Below, piece after piece: positions 47,533 through 57,777 of a stretch of 64,000 bases of DNA; position 1 is the stretch's first letter, and every line of letters starts with the position of its first letter. The notes beneath the pieces were generated by a model, which was given only the letters and a program-made list of their open reading frames with translations, was not told where the DNA came from and did no database searches. A program made the translations under genes and the position numbers. The stretch comes from an uncultured Flavobacteriaceae bacterium (GTDB lineage: Bacteria; Bacteroidota; Bacteroidia; Flavobacteriales; Flavobacteriaceae), in contig CAXBIQ010000006.1 of the NCBI GenBank assembly GCA_963975935.1, positions 84,493 to 148,492 on the forward strand, in the 5' to 3' direction.

Positions 47533-48396
47533 TTATCCTAGATATGTTTTTAATATTTTACTTCTTGAGGTGTGTTTTAACCTTCTGATGGCTTTTTCTT
47601 TGATTTGTCTCACACGCTCGCGTGTTAAATCAAACGTCTCGCCAATTTCTTCCAGCGTCATGGGATGTTGATCACCAAGACCAAAATACAAACGAATAAC
47701 ATCTGCTTCACGCGGGGTTAAGGTTTCCAAAGCTCTTTCGATTTCAGTTCGCAATGACTCATGTAAAAGTGAGCGATCTGGATTTGGGGATTCCCCACTT
47801 CGTAGAACGTCATACAAGTTTGAATCTTCACCTTCAACAAGGGGTGCATCCATCGATACGTGACGGCCGGAGTTTTTCATCGACTCTTTTACGTCATTAA
47901 TGGTCATATCGAGCTCTTTTGCGATTTCTTCAGCAGAAGGCGGACGCTCGTGGGCTTGCTCCAAAAAGGCAAACGTTTTGTTTATTTTATTGATCGACCC
48001 AATCTTGTTCAATGGTAAACGCACAATTCTTGATTGTTCAGCCAAAGCCTGAAGAATGGATTGTCTGATCCACCAAACAGCATAAGAAATGAATTTAAAA
48101 CCACGGGTTTCGTCAAAACGTTGTGCAGCTTTGATAAGCCCCAGGTTTCCTTCGTTAATTAAATCAGGAAGGGTTAAACCCTGGTTTTGATATTGTTTTG
48201 CAACAGATACCACAAAACGCAAGTTAGCTTTGGTTAATTTTTCCAATGCCCTTTGGTCGCCTTTTTTGATTCTCTGTGCTAATTCAACTTCTTCGTCTGC
48301 GGTAATTAAGTCAACTTTTCCTATTTCTTGTAGATACTTGTCGAGGGAAGCAGTTTCTCTGTTGGTAACCTGCTTGGTAATTTTGAGTTGTCTCAT
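47533..48396 (-). CDS. rpoD: Primary RNA polymerase sigma factor (Bacteroidota sigma-A, 287 aa)
   Basis: Regions 2-4 are conserved ([43 protein letters not shown] ... [16 protein letters not shown]). The short N-terminus is typical of Bacteroidota. Confidence 0.92.
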   Translation of the reverse strand: MRQLKITKQVTNRETASLDKYLQEIGKVDLITADEEVELAQRIKKGDQRALEKLTKANLRFVVSVAKQYQNQGLTLPDLINEGNLGLIKAAQRFDETRGFKFISYAVWWIRQSILQALAEQSRIVRLPLNKIGSINKINKTFAFLEQAHERPPSAEEIAKELDMTINDVKESMKNSGRHVSMDAPLVEGEDSNLYDVLRSGESPNPDRSLLHESLRTEIERALETLTPREADVIRLYFGLGDQHPMTLEEIGETFDLTRERVRQIKEKAIRRLKHTSRSKILKTYLG

Positions 48397-48613
48397 TTAA
48401 GGGATTTACAGTTTAAAAAGACTTGTCACAAAATTTTTATTACTTATTAAGAACGAACGGGTTTGCTCTAGTTTTTACCGATTAAGAGTGAAAACCCTTG
48501 CTTCTCCGGAAGCGTCTTTTCAGTAAGATATTTTGCAACAAGTCTTACGATTTTTTGTCTTGTCTATATGGTTATACGTAAAGAGAGGAGAAAATGTTAC
48601 AAAAAAATAAAAT

Positions 48614-48654
48614 ATTATAAAAAAGCCACCTAAATTTTACTTTAGGCGGCTTTT
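48614..48654 (-). terminator. Intrinsic terminator of pnp
   Basis: Minus strand reads AAAAGCCGCCTAAA-GTAAAA-TTTAGGTGGCTTTT followed by TTATAATA. Confidence 0.7.
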
Positions 48655-48673
48655 AATATTTAAGATGGATTAA

Positions 48674-50893
48674 TTAATCCCTTCTCGGTTTTCTATCCCT
48701 GTCATTTCGACCTTTTGAATCTCTTCCACGATCATTTCTGTCATTGCGGTCACGTGGAGGCCTTTCAGTATACCCTTCAGGTTTCGGCAAAAGTGCTTTA
48801 CGCGAAACTTTTTCCTTACGTGTTCTTGGATCTACACCAAAGTACTTCACTTCAAAAACATCACCCATATTGACCACATCAGAAACATTTTCTGTGCGTT
48901 CCCATGCCAGTTCAGAAACGTGAAGCAATACTTCATTGCCGGGAGCGTCAAGATATTCTACAACAGCTCCAAAGTCAAGCATTTTAATGACTTTCACTTC
49001 ATAGGTTCCACCCACTTCAGGCTTGAACATCAAGGAGTCAATTTTTGCTAACACAGCATCGATGCCTTCTTGGCTTGTTCCGAGGATTTCAACGATACCC
49101 TCTTCTGTAACAGGGTCTTCATTGATGACAATCGTGGTTTTAGTGGTTTTCTGTAATTCCTGAATCACTTTTCCACCGGGTCCAATCAAGGCACCAATGA
49201 ATTCATTAGGTATGATCCTGGTGATGATTTTTGGAGCGTGTGGCTTCACATCGGCATTGGGTTCTGCAATAGTCTCAACCAGTTTTTCCAAAATATGCAA
49301 ACGACCGTCACGAGCTTGTTTTAGTGCATTTACTAAAATTTCGTAAGGCATTCCTTTTACTTTAATATCCATTTGACAAGCGGTGATTCCGTCTGCTGTC
49401 CCGGTTACTTTAAAGTCCATATCACCCAGGTGGTCTTCATCCCCAAGAATGTCTGAAAGTACCGCATAACGGTCACCGTCAGAAATCAATCCCATTGCGA
49501 TACCCGATACAGGTTTTTTCATTTGGATACCGGCATCCATCAACGCCATAGTTCCTGCACATACAGTTGCCATTGAAGAGGAACCGTTTGATTCCAATAC
49601 CTCAGATACAATTCTTACGGTATAAGGGCAATCTTCAGGTATCATTCCTTTTAAAGCACGTTGTGCCAGGTTTCCGTGACCAATTTCACGACGTGAAGTA
49701 CCTCTTAAAGGATAGGCTTCACCGGTACAGAAAGGAGGGAAGTTGTAGTGTAAGTAGAAATCCTCTTCTCCCTGATGTGTAGGCATGTCAATCATGTTTG
49801 ACTCTCGGGAAGTGCCTAAAGTCACAGTTGCCAATGCCTGAGTTTCCCCACGTGTAAAGATTGCCGAACCGTGAACCGAAGGCAAATAATCAATTTCACA
49901 CCAGATGGGGCGGATGTCTGTAGTTTTTCTTCCGTCAAGACGCAAACCTTCAGCAAGGGTTAATTCCCTTACTGCTTCTTTTTCAATTTTGTTGAAATAG
50001 GTTTTGATCAAGCTTTCATTTTCTTCCAGTTCTTCTTCAGTAAACAAAGCCAAAACTTCGTCTTTTACTGCTGAAAATGCTTCGCCACGTTCTCTTTTTC
50101 CATGACCACCTTTGGCGATGTCATATATTTTTTGGTATGCTGTTTCGCGCACTTTGGCTTCAATAGCTTCGTCGCTTTTAGCGGGAGCATATTCTCTAAC
50201 GGGTTTCTTACCGAAAGCTTCAGCCAACCTGATTTGAGCAGCACATTGTTCTTTAATGGCCTCGTGAGCAAACTTAATCGCTTCACCCATTTCTTCTTCT
50301 GAAATTTCTTTCATTTCACCTTCTACCATCATCACAGAATCTGCAGAAGCACCAATGATCATATCGATATCAGACTCTAACAACTGGCTGCGGCTTGGGT
50401 TCAATATAAACTCGCCATTGATTCTTCCCACACGGGCTTCAGAAATGGCACATTCAAAAGGAATGTCAGACAATTGAATTGCAGCAGAAGCAGCAAGACC
50501 GGCCAGCGCATCTGGCATCACCTCTTCGTCGTGAGACATCAATTGAATCATTACCTGTGTTTCGGTTTTATAATCTGATGGAAATAATGGACGTAAAACA
50601 CGGTCGACAATACGCATCGTCAATACTTCTCCATCACTGGGCCTTGCTTCTCTTTTGAAGAAACCACCGGGGTAACGACCTGCAGCAGCAAATTTTTCAC
50701 GGTAATCAACGGTTAATGGAAAGAAATCCATTGTACTTTCTTTGTAAGAAGAAACTACGGTACAGAGTAGCATAGTATCTCCCATTCGCAAAACAACAGA
50801 GCCATGGGCTTGTTTTGCCAATTTTCCGGTTTCGATAGAAATTTCCCTACCGTCACCAAGGTCAATGACCTCTTTGTAAACTTTTGGTATCAT
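48674..50893 (-). CDS. pnp: Polyribonucleotide nucleotidyltransferase (PNPase)
   Basis: Two RNase PH domains plus KH and S1 domains. The Arg/Asp-rich C-terminal tail is unusual but in frame. Confidence 0.95.
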   Translation of the reverse strand: MIPKVYKEVIDLGDGREISIETGKLAKQAHGSVVLRMGDTMLLCTVVSSYKESTMDFFPLTVDYREKFAAAGRYPGGFFKREARPSDGEVLTMRIVDRVLRPLFPSDYKTETQVMIQLMSHDEEVMPDALAGLAASAAIQLSDIPFECAISEARVGRINGEFILNPSRSQLLESDIDMIIGASADSVMMVEGEMKEISEEEMGEAIKFAHEAIKEQCAAQIRLAEAFGKKPVREYAPAKSDEAIEAKVRETAYQKIYDIAKGGHGKRERGEAFSAVKDEVLALFTEEELEENESLIKTYFNKIEKEAVRELTLAEGLRLDGRKTTDIRPIWCEIDYLPSVHGSAIFTRGETQALATVTLGTSRESNMIDMPTHQGEEDFYLHYNFPPFCTGEAYPLRGTSRREIGHGNLAQRALKGMIPEDCPYTVRIVSEVLESNGSSSMATVCAGTMALMDAGIQMKKPVSGIAMGLISDGDRYAVLSDILGDEDHLGDMDFKVTGTADGITACQMDIKVKGMPYEILVNALKQARDGRLHILEKLVETIAEPNADVKPHAPKIITRIIPNEFIGALIGPGGKVIQELQKTTKTTIVINEDPVTEEGIVEILGTSQEGIDAVLAKIDSLMFKPEVGGTYEVKVIKMLDFGAVVEYLDAPGNEVLLHVSELAWERTENVSDVVNMGDVFEVKYFGVDPRTRKEKVSRKALLPKPEGYTERPPRDRNDRNDRGRDSKGRNDRDRKPRRD

Positions 50894-50907
50894 AATTAAT
50901 TAATAGT

Positions 50908-50929
50908 AAACAAGCAGTATTGCTTGTTT
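50908..50929 (-). promoter_or_regulatory. Stem-loop in the pnp leader, 15 nt upstream of the start codon
   Basis: AAACAAGCA-NNNN-TGCTTGTTT is a perfect 9-bp stem. Confidence 0.3.
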
Positions 50930-51024
50930 GGTTAAACAATGGTCGTTGTGTTGAGTAGTAGTGTTGACCAATGAAAAACTAAAAGTGTAGCTTTTTCAGA
51001 ACCCATCAAAGATAGGTATATTTA

Positions 51025-51051
51025 TATAAAAAAAGGGGCATAAAGCCCCTT
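51025..51051 (-). terminator. Intrinsic terminator/attenuator after rpsO
   Basis: Minus strand reads AAGGGGC-TTTAT-GCCCCTT followed by TTTTTTATAT, 5 nt after the rpsO stop. Confidence 0.7.
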
Positions 51052-51055
51052 AATA

Positions 51056-51325
51056 TTATTTTCTTAATCCTAATTCCTTAACGATTTCACGATATCTTAC
51101 AATATCAGTTTTCATTAGGTGATCTAGAAGAGATCTTCTTTTTCCCACCAGTTTTACAAGTGATCTCTCAGTATTGTAATCGTGACGGTTGTTTTTTAAG
51201 TGAGAAGATAAATGCTCGATTCGGGCTGTGAATAAAGCGATTTGTCCTTCTGCTGAACCGGTATCAGTCTTTGATTTACCGTACTTTTCAAAAATTTTCT
51301 CTTTGTCTTCTTTAGTTGGATACAT
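51056..51325 (-). CDS. rpsO: 30S ribosomal protein S15
   Basis: 89-aa product from the ATG at 51325 (MYPTKEDKEKIFEKYGKS...GSAEGQIALFT...LVGKRRSLLDHL). Confidence 0.92.
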   Translation of the reverse strand: MYPTKEDKEKIFEKYGKSKTDTGSAEGQIALFTARIEHLSSHLKNNRHDYNTERSLVKLVGKRRSLLDHLMKTDIVRYREIVKELGLRK

Positions 51326-51382
51326 GCCAATATTGTTTAAATGATTCTTATGTATTGATTTACCACTTTGGTAATCAGGCGG

Positions 51383-51390
51383 CAAAAGTA
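51383..51390 (-). promoter_or_regulatory. Candidate -7 promoter box (TACTTTTG) for rpsO-pnp
   Basis: TAnnTTTG on the minus strand about 58 nt upstream of the rpsO ATG. This supports the shorter start. Confidence 0.4.
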
Positions 51391-51489
51391 ATGAAAATTA
51401 TTTGTTTATATAAATATTCAGGAAGCTATTTTCACAATAAAATAAGCACATTGAAGTTTTAAGGGTAACAAATCTAAATAAATAAAAAT

Positions 51490-52320
51490 ATGAACCTATC
51501 AATTTTTAAATCCAAATTTGTATTTCTTTTTTGCTTCACGTTTCTCTTTTTTTCGTGTAGTGAAGATGACACAACTGATGAAACAATTAATGAGACCCCG
51601 GAGTTTTCTCAGGAGGATACTCAAAGAGCTGCTCAGGTTGATCAAGTATTTGAAGGCACCCTTAACATAATGGAAACTGCTTATGCTGAAGAAGAAGAGG
51701 GAAGGGCCAATAGTTTTTTTCCACCGTGTGCTGTGCTTACGATTTCACAACAAGGAGAAAATTTTGAACTTATAATTGATTTTGGAGACGGTTGTACATT
51801 GCCCAACGGAGCTTTTGTTACCGGCACAGTCTTGCTTACTTATGGTCCCATTCAAAATAATACCCGAATAATTGACTATGTTTTTGAGGAATATACTTAT
51901 AATGAACATCCCGTTTCCGGGGGGGGTCAAATCGAAAGGCTTTTTGAAAATCAAAACGGAAACCCTCAATCCACAGTAAATGAAACCATAACCGTTGGTT
52001 TTCCTGATTCAAGCATCACTGCGACCCGCACCGGGTTTCGCGTTGCTGAATGGGTAGAAGGAGTAGGTTCAGGAACCTGGTTTGATAATGTTTTCCACAT
52101 AACCGGGAACTGGGACACTGTTTTTTCAAACGGTTTTAACAGGGCTGGTGAAGTAATGGAAACGCTTGTGAAAAAAGCTAACTGTGCCATATTTGTAAGC
52201 GGGAGCATTGATATTACACAAGACGGGCTTTCAGCTACCCTTGATTATGGAGACGGAACGTGCGACAACATAGTTACACTCATCATTAATGGGGTTGAAT
52301 ATACCATTATAATTGGATAG
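51490..52320 (+). CDS. Hypothetical lipoprotein
   Basis: Lipobox FLFFSCSEDD. 276 aa with no recognisable domain. Confidence 0.6.
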   Translation: MNLSIFKSKFVFLFCFTFLFFSCSEDDTTDETINETPEFSQEDTQRAAQVDQVFEGTLNIMETAYAEEEEGRANSFFPPCAVLTISQQGENFELIIDFGDGCTLPNGAFVTGTVLLTYGPIQNNTRIIDYVFEEYTYNEHPVSGGGQIERLFENQNGNPQSTVNETITVGFPDSSITATRTGFRVAEWVEGVGSGTWFDNVFHITGNWDTVFSNGFNRAGEVMETLVKKANCAIFVSGSIDITQDGLSATLDYGDGTCDNIVTLIINGVEYTIIIG

Positions 52321-52342
52321 AACTTAAAAGTATAACCCAAAT

Positions 52343-52374
52343 AAAAAAGCTGTATGATATCATACAGCTTTTTT
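52343..52374. terminator. Bidirectional intrinsic terminator
   Basis: Perfect 32-nt palindrome AAAAAAGCTGTATGAT|ATCATACAGCTTTTTT between convergent genes. Confidence 0.75.
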
Positions 52375-52391
52375 ATTTGATAGTTATTTAT

Positions 52392-53255
52392 TTATGCAGA
52401 TTTCCGCAAGGGGCGGTTTAAAATCAAATCGATATACAAGTTGATGTTTTTCTTCAGGTCTTTTCTTTTGGAAATGAAATCCAAAAAGCCGTGTTCCAGC
52501 AGAAATTCAGCGGTTTGAAATCCTTCCGGAAGCTCTTTTCCGGTAGTATCCCTCACCACGCGTGGCCCGGCAAAGCCAATAAGTGCCCCGGGTTCAGAGA
52601 TGTTGATGTCTCCCAGCATGGCAAACGAAGCTGTCGTGCCGCCGGTAGTGGGGTCTGTACAAAGAGAAATATAAGGAATTTTTGCATCTGCAAGTTGTGC
52701 TAATTTAGCCGAAGTTTTTGCCAATTGCATTAAGGAGTATGCTGCCTCCATCATTCTTGCACCACCACTTTTTGAAATGATCACCAAAGGAATTTTCTTT
52801 TTAAGGGCATAGTCTGCAGCACGTGTAATTTTTTCACCCACAACAGCACCCATAGAACCTCCAATGAACGCAAAATCCATACAGGCAATAACTATGTTTT
52901 CCCCCATAGATTTCCCTACGGCTGTTCTCACGGCATCCTTCAGTCCGGTTTTTTCCTGCGCATCTTTTAATCTGTCAGGATATTTTTTGGTATCAACAAA
53001 ACCAAGAGGATCTTTTGATGTCAGGTTTTTATCAAGTTCTTTAAAGTTGTTGTCATCAAAAAGTATTTCAAAATACTCTTTACTGCCTATACGCACATGG
53101 TAGCCGTCTTCAGGGCTCACATAAAAGTTCTTGGCAAGCTCTTCAGCATCGACTATTTTACCGGTGGGGGATTTATACCACAATCCTTTTGGGACATCTT
53201 TTTTGTCCTCAGTTGCGGTTTGTATTCCTTTTTTTGTTCTTTTAAACCAGGCCAT
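52392..53255 (-). CDS. accD: Acetyl-CoA carboxylase carboxyltransferase beta subunit
   Basis: Alignable by eye with E. coli AccD along its full length ([31 protein letters not shown]). The N-terminal zinc-ribbon positions carry no cysteines. Confidence 0.9.
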   Translation of the reverse strand: MAWFKRTKKGIQTATEDKKDVPKGLWYKSPTGKIVDAEELAKNFYVSPEDGYHVRIGSKEYFEILFDDNNFKELDKNLTSKDPLGFVDTKKYPDRLKDAQEKTGLKDAVRTAVGKSMGENIVIACMDFAFIGGSMGAVVGEKITRAADYALKKKIPLVIISKSGGARMMEAAYSLMQLAKTSAKLAQLADAKIPYISLCTDPTTGGTTASFAMLGDINISEPGALIGFAGPRVVRDTTGKELPEGFQTAEFLLEHGFLDFISKRKDLKKNINLYIDLILNRPLRKSA

Positions 53256-53304
53256 TTGATGTATGATTTAGATTAGCGTTTTAAAAATAACGATTTATAT
53301 CTTT

Positions 53305-54375
53305 TTAAAGCGTGTTGATATTGTTGAGGTCTTTAAAGGCTTGTTCAAGGCGTTTTTTAAATGTGGTTTCGCCCTCCCTGAGCCACTTTCGTGGATCGTA
53401 ATATTTTTTATTGGGAATGTCTTCACCGTCAGGATTTCCAATTTGGGTTTTCAGGTAATCAATATTTTCCACCATATAATCCCTGACACCTTCTGTAAAA
53501 GCAAACTGTAAGTCTGTATCAATGTTCATTTTTATCACACCATAACCAATTGCTTCCCTGATTTCTTCTACTGAGGAGCCACTCCCGCCGTGGAAAACAA
53601 AATCAATAGGGTTGTGGCCGGTGTTGAATTTCTTTTGCACATATTCCTGAGAATTTTTTAAAATCACAGGAGTGAGCTTGACATTGCCCGGTTTGTAAAC
53701 ACCATGAACATTTCCAAATGCAGCAGCGATGATAAACTGGTCACTTATTTTTTTAAGTTCCTCATATGCATATGCGACCTCTTCGGGTTGGGTATACAAC
53801 TTTGAAGAATCTACACCGGTATTGTCCACGCCATCTTCTTCACCTCCGGTAATACCCAGTTCAATTTCAAGGGTCATCCCCATTTTACTCATGCGCTCAA
53901 GGTACCGTTTTGAGATTTCAATATTTTCCTCAATGGGTTCTTCAGAAAGATCAAGCATATGCGAGCTGTAAAGTGGAACCCCAAACTGTTTATAGTGTTC
54001 CTCACTAGCATCAAGCAGACCGTCTATCCAGGGTAAGAGATTTTTAGCACAGTGATCTGTGTGAAGAATTACCACGGCGCCATAGGCTTTTGAAAGTTCG
54101 TGGATATGTTTTGCTCCGGCGATACCTCCTGCAATTGCAGCTTTTTGATTTTCATTTGAGAGACCTTTGCCTGCATTAAAATGTGCCCCGCCATTTGAAA
54201 ACTGTATAATCACGGGCGAATTTAATGCTGCTGCGGTCTCTAAAACACTGTTGACGGAACTTGACCCTACAACGTTTACGGCAGGAAGTGCAAATCCTTT
54301 TTCTTTAGCGAGCTTGTGAATTTCCTGAACGGTTTTCCCGGTTGCTACCCCGGCTTTAATGTTGTGAGTTGACAT
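53305..54375 (-). CDS. fba: Class II fructose-bisphosphate aldolase
   Basis: 356 aa with HTDHC, GGEEDGV and FHGGSGS motifs. Confidence 0.9.
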   Translation of the reverse strand: MSTHNIKAGVATGKTVQEIHKLAKEKGFALPAVNVVGSSSVNSVLETAAALNSPVIIQFSNGGAHFNAGKGLSNENQKAAIAGGIAGAKHIHELSKAYGAVVILHTDHCAKNLLPWIDGLLDASEEHYKQFGVPLYSSHMLDLSEEPIEENIEISKRYLERMSKMGMTLEIELGITGGEEDGVDNTGVDSSKLYTQPEEVAYAYEELKKISDQFIIAAAFGNVHGVYKPGNVKLTPVILKNSQEYVQKKFNTGHNPIDFVFHGGSGSSVEEIREAIGYGVIKMNIDTDLQFAFTEGVRDYMVENIDYLKTQIGNPDGEDIPNKKYYDPRKWLREGETTFKKRLEQAFKDLNNINTL

Positions 54376-54423
54376 ATCTGTATAGTAATTATTAGAATTA
54401 CAAAAATATAAAAATTATATCGC

Positions 54424-57003
54424 TTAGAAGGGATAGTTAATCCCAATGTTTAAAGTTGTGTTTGCAAAGTTATATTCTTTAAACCACCTTTCGCCCTCAG
54501 GTCTTCCAGGATTGTATGTTTTAAAACCCAAATCACCCCGCAAAACAAAGAAACCAAAATCATACCTCAAGCCAAATCCTGAAGCCAACGCTATGTTTTT
54601 AAGATCATCAAGACCTTCAAAAGTTGCCTGATCATCGGTGACATTGTCCAGGGCATTCCAAATATTTCCGGCATCTGCAAAAAGGGCTCCTTTAAAAGCA
54701 CCCAGAATCGTAAAACGATATTCAAGATTGGCTGCGAGTTTCATATTGGCTTCGTTAAACTCATCGCCCCTGTCACTTGCTCCGGGACCCAACCTGAAAG
54801 GGAGCCACCCGCGGTTGTCATTGGGGCCGCCCGCAAAATAACTTCGCGTGAAGGGAATACTGTTTGAATTGCCATACGGAATCGCAATACCTCCAAACAG
54901 TCGCATGGCAACAACTGTTTGGCTGCTGAGTTCCCAATAGCGTACATATTCCGACTCTACTTTTACATATTGTGAAAAAGCTACGTCTAAAACTTCATAA
55001 TTGCCATTTTGATTTTTATCAAAACCTGCAAGTGAAGCAAAGGCTGAAAGTGCATTTCCGGCAATTTCCAGTTTGAGGCGTGTGCTTGAAAATTGATTGT
55101 CAAATACCCCGGACCTTGAATTTCGTAACCATGAGATATTGGATGCAAAAATTAAATTGTTCTCTGTAAGGCGGTTTTTTTGCTGATTGATATTTCTTAG
55201 TATTTGTCTTTCATCTTCAGACAGACTTCCTACATTGTTTTGTGAAAAATCATTGAGATAACTGTTGGTCCCATCAGGAATAGTCAGATTGATGGGGTTG
55301 TTGTTGTCGTCAAGATTAAAGTATGAAACATTTGTTCCTTCAATATTTGTTAGCGCCACCTCATTGAGCCTGTTGTATGAATTTCGGTAGACGTTAAAAT
55401 AATTATTGGTATTTAAATTGCGCACATACTGGATGTTCATCAAGTCCATCCTATATGTGTGAATTCTTGATGGGTTCCACTTGTAGTTTAATATGGTGCT
55501 GATGCTTTGTTTATCAAGACCAATGTTTTGCTGGCTGTTTGCACCAATGCTTATATTGGTATATGGGGACATGTATTTTGGGATAATTTTTTCAGTGTTT
55601 AAAGGAAATAATATCCTGGGGATTCCCAATTTCACGTCACCACCAACTTCAGAAATGTTGAAAAACTTGCTGTCACTATCTGCTGCATCTTTTGAAGAGC
55701 CTAAACTTCCCCTTCCTGAAATTTCAAGGGTTTCAGCACCCTTAAAGATATTTCTTATTAAAAAGGAGGAACTAAAACCAATACCAAATTCCTGAATGTT
55801 TGAAGTAGAGGCATCGACATCTACACTGGCGGCATATTTTTTTCTGGGAGTGAGCAGGATTGTGGCAATAAGGTCTGTGTTTGTTGTATCGGCGGGGTCT
55901 AACTCATAGCTTATATTAGGATATCTGAATACCCTGAGTTCACTCACGTGATTATATGTGAGGTTTCTGTCTGTATCTTTGAAAATATTGCCGGGTTCAA
56001 TAAATACGGCATCAGTAATGGCTTTGGGCCTGTATTTTATTTCATCATAACCATAGAGTGTATACCCTTCATAGGTTATAGAGTCCTGGTATTGTTTATT
56101 TCTGTTTTCAAAAGTATAATCGGTTACAATTTTGACTTTTTTTACTTTGTGTATTTTAAATGGTTCCTGAATGGTTGAATCACCCTGCTGAATATTTCGG
56201 TTTTCTATCAAATATTCAATATTTGCCATGTGACCGGTATTTACAGTATCAGCTATGAACGAAATAGCCTCTTGATTAAAAAAGTACAAACCTGAGTTGC
56301 GCATTAAAATTGTGACCCTGTCCCTTTCATCGGCAAAATTATTCCTGGAATACTGCTCGCCGGACTTTACAAGAGTTCTGCTTTTTGAACGTTTATAAAT
56401 TGAATCCACCACCGGGGAGTCTATTTTCATTTTAATGGAATCCACAATATAGGGGCGCTCTCTGTCAACAGTAAAAATAACGGAACCTCTCTTCTCTTTT
56501 AGGGTGTCTTCTATAATTTCATAAGAAGCATTAGCATTTAACCACCCAAAGCTCTTGTAGTATTCTTCAATTCTTTGATTTGATCTCTCTGCCCGTCCAT
56601 CTCTTATAATTACAGGGGCTTCACCGGTTTTTTTGATCCAGTTGTTAAAACCCACTTTATAGTTCACGATTTCATCCACCTGCTTTTGTGAAAAAATTGA
56701 AATAAGACGTTCCTTTTTTTCCGGTGTTTTATATAATGAAGCATAATAGGTTGAATCTGTTTTCTCACTTGCCAAATTATAAAAGTGCAACCCAAGGGGA
56801 ATGCCAAAGAAAGGAAGTTTTGTATTGGGTTCTTGAATAAGCTGACTGTAAACAGCATTGTCAGAAATTTTTTCACCATCAACAATGATGATGTTTTCAG
56901 TTAAAAGCAACTCATCCTCCTGAACCTTTTTAACGGCATCACATGAACTTAAAAGCGCAAGAGTTATTAGAAATAATGGTATTTTTGTGGGTAGCTTTTT
57001 CAA
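54424..57003 (-). CDS. Omp85-family outer-membrane lipoprotein (TamL/BamA-like)
   Basis: C-terminal Omp85 beta-barrel ending INYPF. There is no ATG at the N-terminus. The TTG at 57003 gives MKKLPTKIPLFLITLALLSSC, a canonical lipoprotein signal peptide, and removes the overlap with the divergent trmH-like gene. Confidence 0.7.
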   Translation of the reverse strand: MKKLPTKIPLFLITLALLSSCDAVKKVQEDELLLTENIIIVDGEKISDNAVYSQLIQEPNTKLPFFGIPLGLHFYNLASEKTDSTYYASLYKTPEKKERLISIFSQKQVDEIVNYKVGFNNWIKKTGEAPVIIRDGRAERSNQRIEEYYKSFGWLNANASYEIIEDTLKEKRGSVIFTVDRERPYIVDSIKMKIDSPVVDSIYKRSKSRTLVKSGEQYSRNNFADERDRVTILMRNSGLYFFNQEAISFIADTVNTGHMANIEYLIENRNIQQGDSTIQEPFKIHKVKKVKIVTDYTFENRNKQYQDSITYEGYTLYGYDEIKYRPKAITDAVFIEPGNIFKDTDRNLTYNHVSELRVFRYPNISYELDPADTTNTDLIATILLTPRKKYAASVDVDASTSNIQEFGIGFSSSFLIRNIFKGAETLEISGRGSLGSSKDAADSDSKFFNISEVGGDVKLGIPRILFPLNTEKIIPKYMSPYTNISIGANSQQNIGLDKQSISTILNYKWNPSRIHTYRMDLMNIQYVRNLNTNNYFNVYRNSYNRLNEVALTNIEGTNVSYFNLDDNNNPINLTIPDGTNSYLNDFSQNNVGSLSEDERQILRNINQQKNRLTENNLIFASNISWLRNSRSGVFDNQFSSTRLKLEIAGNALSAFASLAGFDKNQNGNYEVLDVAFSQYVKVESEYVRYWELSSQTVVAMRLFGGIAIPYGNSNSIPFTRSYFAGGPNDNRGWLPFRLGPGASDRGDEFNEANMKLAANLEYRFTILGAFKGALFADAGNIWNALDNVTDDQATFEGLDDLKNIALASGFGLRYDFGFFVLRGDLGFKTYNPGRPEGERWFKEYNFANTTLNIGINYPF

Positions 57004-57042
57004 AAAAGGACATTTATAATTATTCAAAAATACAAGTTTTGC

Positions 57043-57777
57043 ATGGTAAGCAAAAGTCAAATAAAGTTAATAACGTCTTTACGTCAAAAAAAATATAGAA
57101 GCAAGCATCAATTATTTTTTGCCGAAGGTACAAAAGTTATTAATGAGTTATATAAAGCAGGATGGAAGATTTATACCCTTTTTTCAACTGAAAAAATTAC
57201 GGGTATTGAAGAAAGTAAAACGATTCTCATTACTGAAAACGAACTGAAAAAAATCAGCAGCTTAAAAACACCCAATAAAGCACTGGCAGTATTTCATATT
57301 CCGTCACAGCAGGAATTTAAATCCAAAGGTCTCACTGTTGTCCTTGATGACATAAGTGACCCGGGAAACCTGGGGACAATTATACGACTGTGTGATTGGT
57401 TTGGCATTCAAAATCTGGTATGCTCTCCAGATACTGTTGAATGCTTTAACCCAAAAGTTATCCAGTCAACGATGGGATCTATCGCCCGTGTTTTGGTTCA
57501 TTATGTGGATTTGGAAATTTTTATGGAAAATAATGAGGACCTTCTGGTATATGGTGCTTTTATGGACGGTGAAAATGTTTATAAAGAAAAATTACCTGAA
57601 CAAGGTATCTTGATTATGGGCAATGAAGCCAATGGAATTTCCGGCAGGATGGAAAAATATATATCAAAAAAAATTAGCATTCCGCAATTTGGTGACTCAC
57701 AAAACACTGAGAGCCTTAATGTTGCTACAGCAACGGCTATTCTACTCAGCGAGTTTCATCGCTCTATTGGAAAGTGA
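57043..57777 (+). CDS. TrmH/SpoU-family RNA 2'-O-methyltransferase
   Basis: SPOUT motifs DDISDPGNLGTIIR, LIMGNEANGIS and SLNVATATAI. Confidence 0.8.
   Translation: MVSKSQIKLITSLRQKKYRSKHQLFFAEGTKVINELYKAGWKIYTLFSTEKITGIEESKTILITENELKKISSLKTPNKALAVFHIPSQQEFKSKGLTVVLDDISDPGNLGTIIRLCDWFGIQNLVCSPDTVECFNPKVIQSTMGSIARVLVHYVDLEIFMENNEDLLVYGAFMDGENVYKEKLPEQGILIMGNEANGISGRMEKYISKKISIPQFGDSQNTESLNVATATAILLSEFHRSIGK

Noticed and set aside
47397-47588. 63-aa plus-strand ORF
   Set aside because: It spans the GC-rich palindrome, the rpoD terminator and the 3' end of rpoD on the opposite strand. It is not coding.
48674-48760. Arg/Asp-rich repetitive tail of PNPase ([29 protein letters not shown]) as a possible frameshift or fusion artefact
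   Set aside because: It is in frame with the S1 domain and is followed by a proper stop and terminator. Basic or acidic tails occur on RNA-binding proteins, and there is no evidence of a sequencing or frameshift problem.
57764-57777. 14-nt overlap of the convergent 3' ends of the TrmH-family and PorT-like genes, and 20-nt overlap at 42722-42741
   Set aside because: Short convergent overlaps are common in compact genomes. I could identify no additional structure or signal.
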